A stretch of DNA of 32,000 nucleotides from Acinetobacter wanghuae (GTDB lineage Bacteria; Pseudomonadota; Gammaproteobacteria; Pseudomonadales; Moraxellaceae), in NCBI RefSeq assembly GCF_009557235.1, contig NZ_CP045650.1:480001-512000 (forward strand). Direction: 5' to 3'. Below the pieces are notes generated by a model. It did no database searches. It was given only the letters and a program-made list of their open reading frames with translations, and was not told where the DNA came from. Shown here in pieces: positions 30,914 through 32,000 of this stretch. A program made the translations under genes and the position numbers. Positions within the stretch are counted from its first letter, which is position 1; the number at the start of each line of letters is the position of its first letter.

Positions 30914-32000
30914 ATCAAAAATACAAAATCACATGTGCCTTGACTGTTTTAACCCTTGCTTTGGCAGGTTGCGCAGGTAAAAGCGCAAAAGTGCCTGAAG
31001 TGAAGCCGAATCCGCTTCCTAAATTGACACAAGCCTCATCATTGGTTCCTGTATTTTCGACCAGTGTTGCTGCCACTGATGCAGCAGATCCATTACGTTT
31101 ACGCTTAGATGCTGAAAATGGCGTGGTTTTTGCGGTGAATCCAAATGGTGAAGTGACTGCATTTAGCGGCAAGCAAAAACTATGGCAGAAAAAAATTAGT
31201 AAGGACGGCTTAAGTGCTGGTGTTGAAGCAAATGATGGTGTTTTGGTGGTAGGGAACCAAAAAGGTCAATTATTTGCGTTAAATCAACAAAGTGGTGAAC
31301 AAGTCTGGACTGCACAATTGACAGGTGCACTCCTTGCGCCGTCACTTATTCATGCTGGTCGTGTGATTAGTGTGACCAATGACGGTACTGTGTACGGTCA
31401 TGAAGTGGCAACAGGTAAGCAAGTTTGGACTTATAACCTGCCTAATGTACAATTTAGCTTACGTGGTATGTCTGCGCCTGTGGTACTCGATCCGCGTAAT
31501 GTTTTAGTGGCGTCATCAAATGCGTATGTTTACGTACTCGATGCCTTAACAGGTACACCAAAAATGCAACGTCGTGTTGCAGTATCGGATGGACGTTCTG
31601 ATATTCAACGTCTGATTGATATTGATGGCGAACCTGTGGTTGCAGGTCAATTTGTCGTGACGACAAGTTACCAAGGGCAGGTAACTGTACTGGATTTGGC
31701 TTCACAACAAGTGATTTGGAGTCAAGATGCAAGTAGTACACAGCGTCCTGAAGTCGTCGGAAATGCTGTTATCGTTGCACAAAATGATGGCAAGATCACC
31801 GCTTTTGATATCACAAGTGGTCAAACCATTTGGGAAAATGACCAGTTACTGAATCGTCAATTGAGTAATCCTGTCATGCTGGCAGGTCAATTGGTGGTGG
31901 GTGATTTAGATGGTGTTTTACACCTGATTGATCCATCGACTGGACAACTTATTGGTCGCTCAAAAACCTCTGGCGAGGTGCGAACTTTACGTGTCATCGA
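30910..32000 (+). CDS. bamB: Outer-membrane protein assembly factor BamB (3' end outside the window)
   Basis: It is not in the ORF track because no stop is reached. ATG 30910 overlaps the yfgM TGA (ATGA), and my hand translation is open to base 32000. It has a lipobox LTLALAGC and PQQ-like beta-propeller repeats (DGVLVVGNQKGQLFALNQQSGEQVW, NDGTVYGHEVATGKQVW, NDGKITAFDITSGQTIW, DLDGVLHLIDPSTGQL). Confidence 0.92.
   Translation, partial: MNQKYKITCALTVLTLALAGCAGKSAKVPEVKPNPLPKLTQASSLVPVFSTSVAATDAADPLRLRLDAENGVVFAVNPNGEVTAFSGKQKLWQKKISKDGLSAGVEANDGVLVVGNQKGQLFALNQQSGEQVWTAQLTGALLAPSLIHAGRVISVTNDGTVYGHEVATGKQVWTYNLPNVQFSLRGMSAPVVLDPRNVLVASSNAYVYVLDALTGTPKMQRRVAVSDGRSDIQRLIDIDGEPVVAGQFVVTTSYQGQVTVLDLASQQVIWSQDASSTQRPEVVGNAVIVAQNDGKITAFDITSGQTIWENDQLLNRQLSNPVMLAGQLVVGDLDGVLHLIDPSTGQLIGRSKTSGEVRTLRVI

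Noticed and set aside
30915-31172. 85-aa minus-strand ORF at the start of bamB
   Set aside because: It is antisense to the BamB lipoprotein ORF, which has a lipobox, propeller repeats and an ATGA coupling to yfgM. Nothing supports the antisense frame.

Overview
This is a chromosomal, mostly housekeeping window. By gene content, gene order and roughly 40% G+C (judged by eye) it looks like Acinetobacter/Moraxellaceae; that assignment is inference. Conserved blocks in order: DUF3298 protein (5' partial)-tatD-fabI; secB-grxC-rhodanese (minus); rsgA / orn; tcdA; a membrane-anchored Sel1-repeat protein; a macA-macB-NodT tripartite efflux operon (minus); leuS-lptE-holA (minus); a DUF4124 protein; ilvI-ilvH-ilvC; then iscX-ndk-rlmN-pilW-rodZ-ispG-hisS-yfgM-bamB (bamB runs off the 3' edge). 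I saw no rRNA, tRNA, CRISPR array, transposase or integrase. The only clearly accessory spot is the gap between ilvC and iscX (about 21.87-24.05 kb). It holds (i) a 45-nt second copy of the ilvC 3' end that differs from the real gene only at five synonymous third-codon positions, flanked by two terminators and a perfect hairpin. I read this as a recombination scar. It also holds (ii) a visibly AT-rich 283-aa ORF with two TM helices, a GDFLGGTLNP motif, a coiled coil and a C-terminal domain, which matches my memory of the poorly characterised putAbiC abortive-infection family, and (iii) a secreted 264-aa protein of unknown function. This is the best candidate for a defence or otherwise undescribed system. 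Other points: grxC is broken by a 1-nt frameshift, a family of G/C-stem hairpin (REP-like) repeats occupies two intergenic regions, and a long AT-rich region with phased A-tracts lies upstream of ilvIH. All family assignments come from reading the translations, not from searches.
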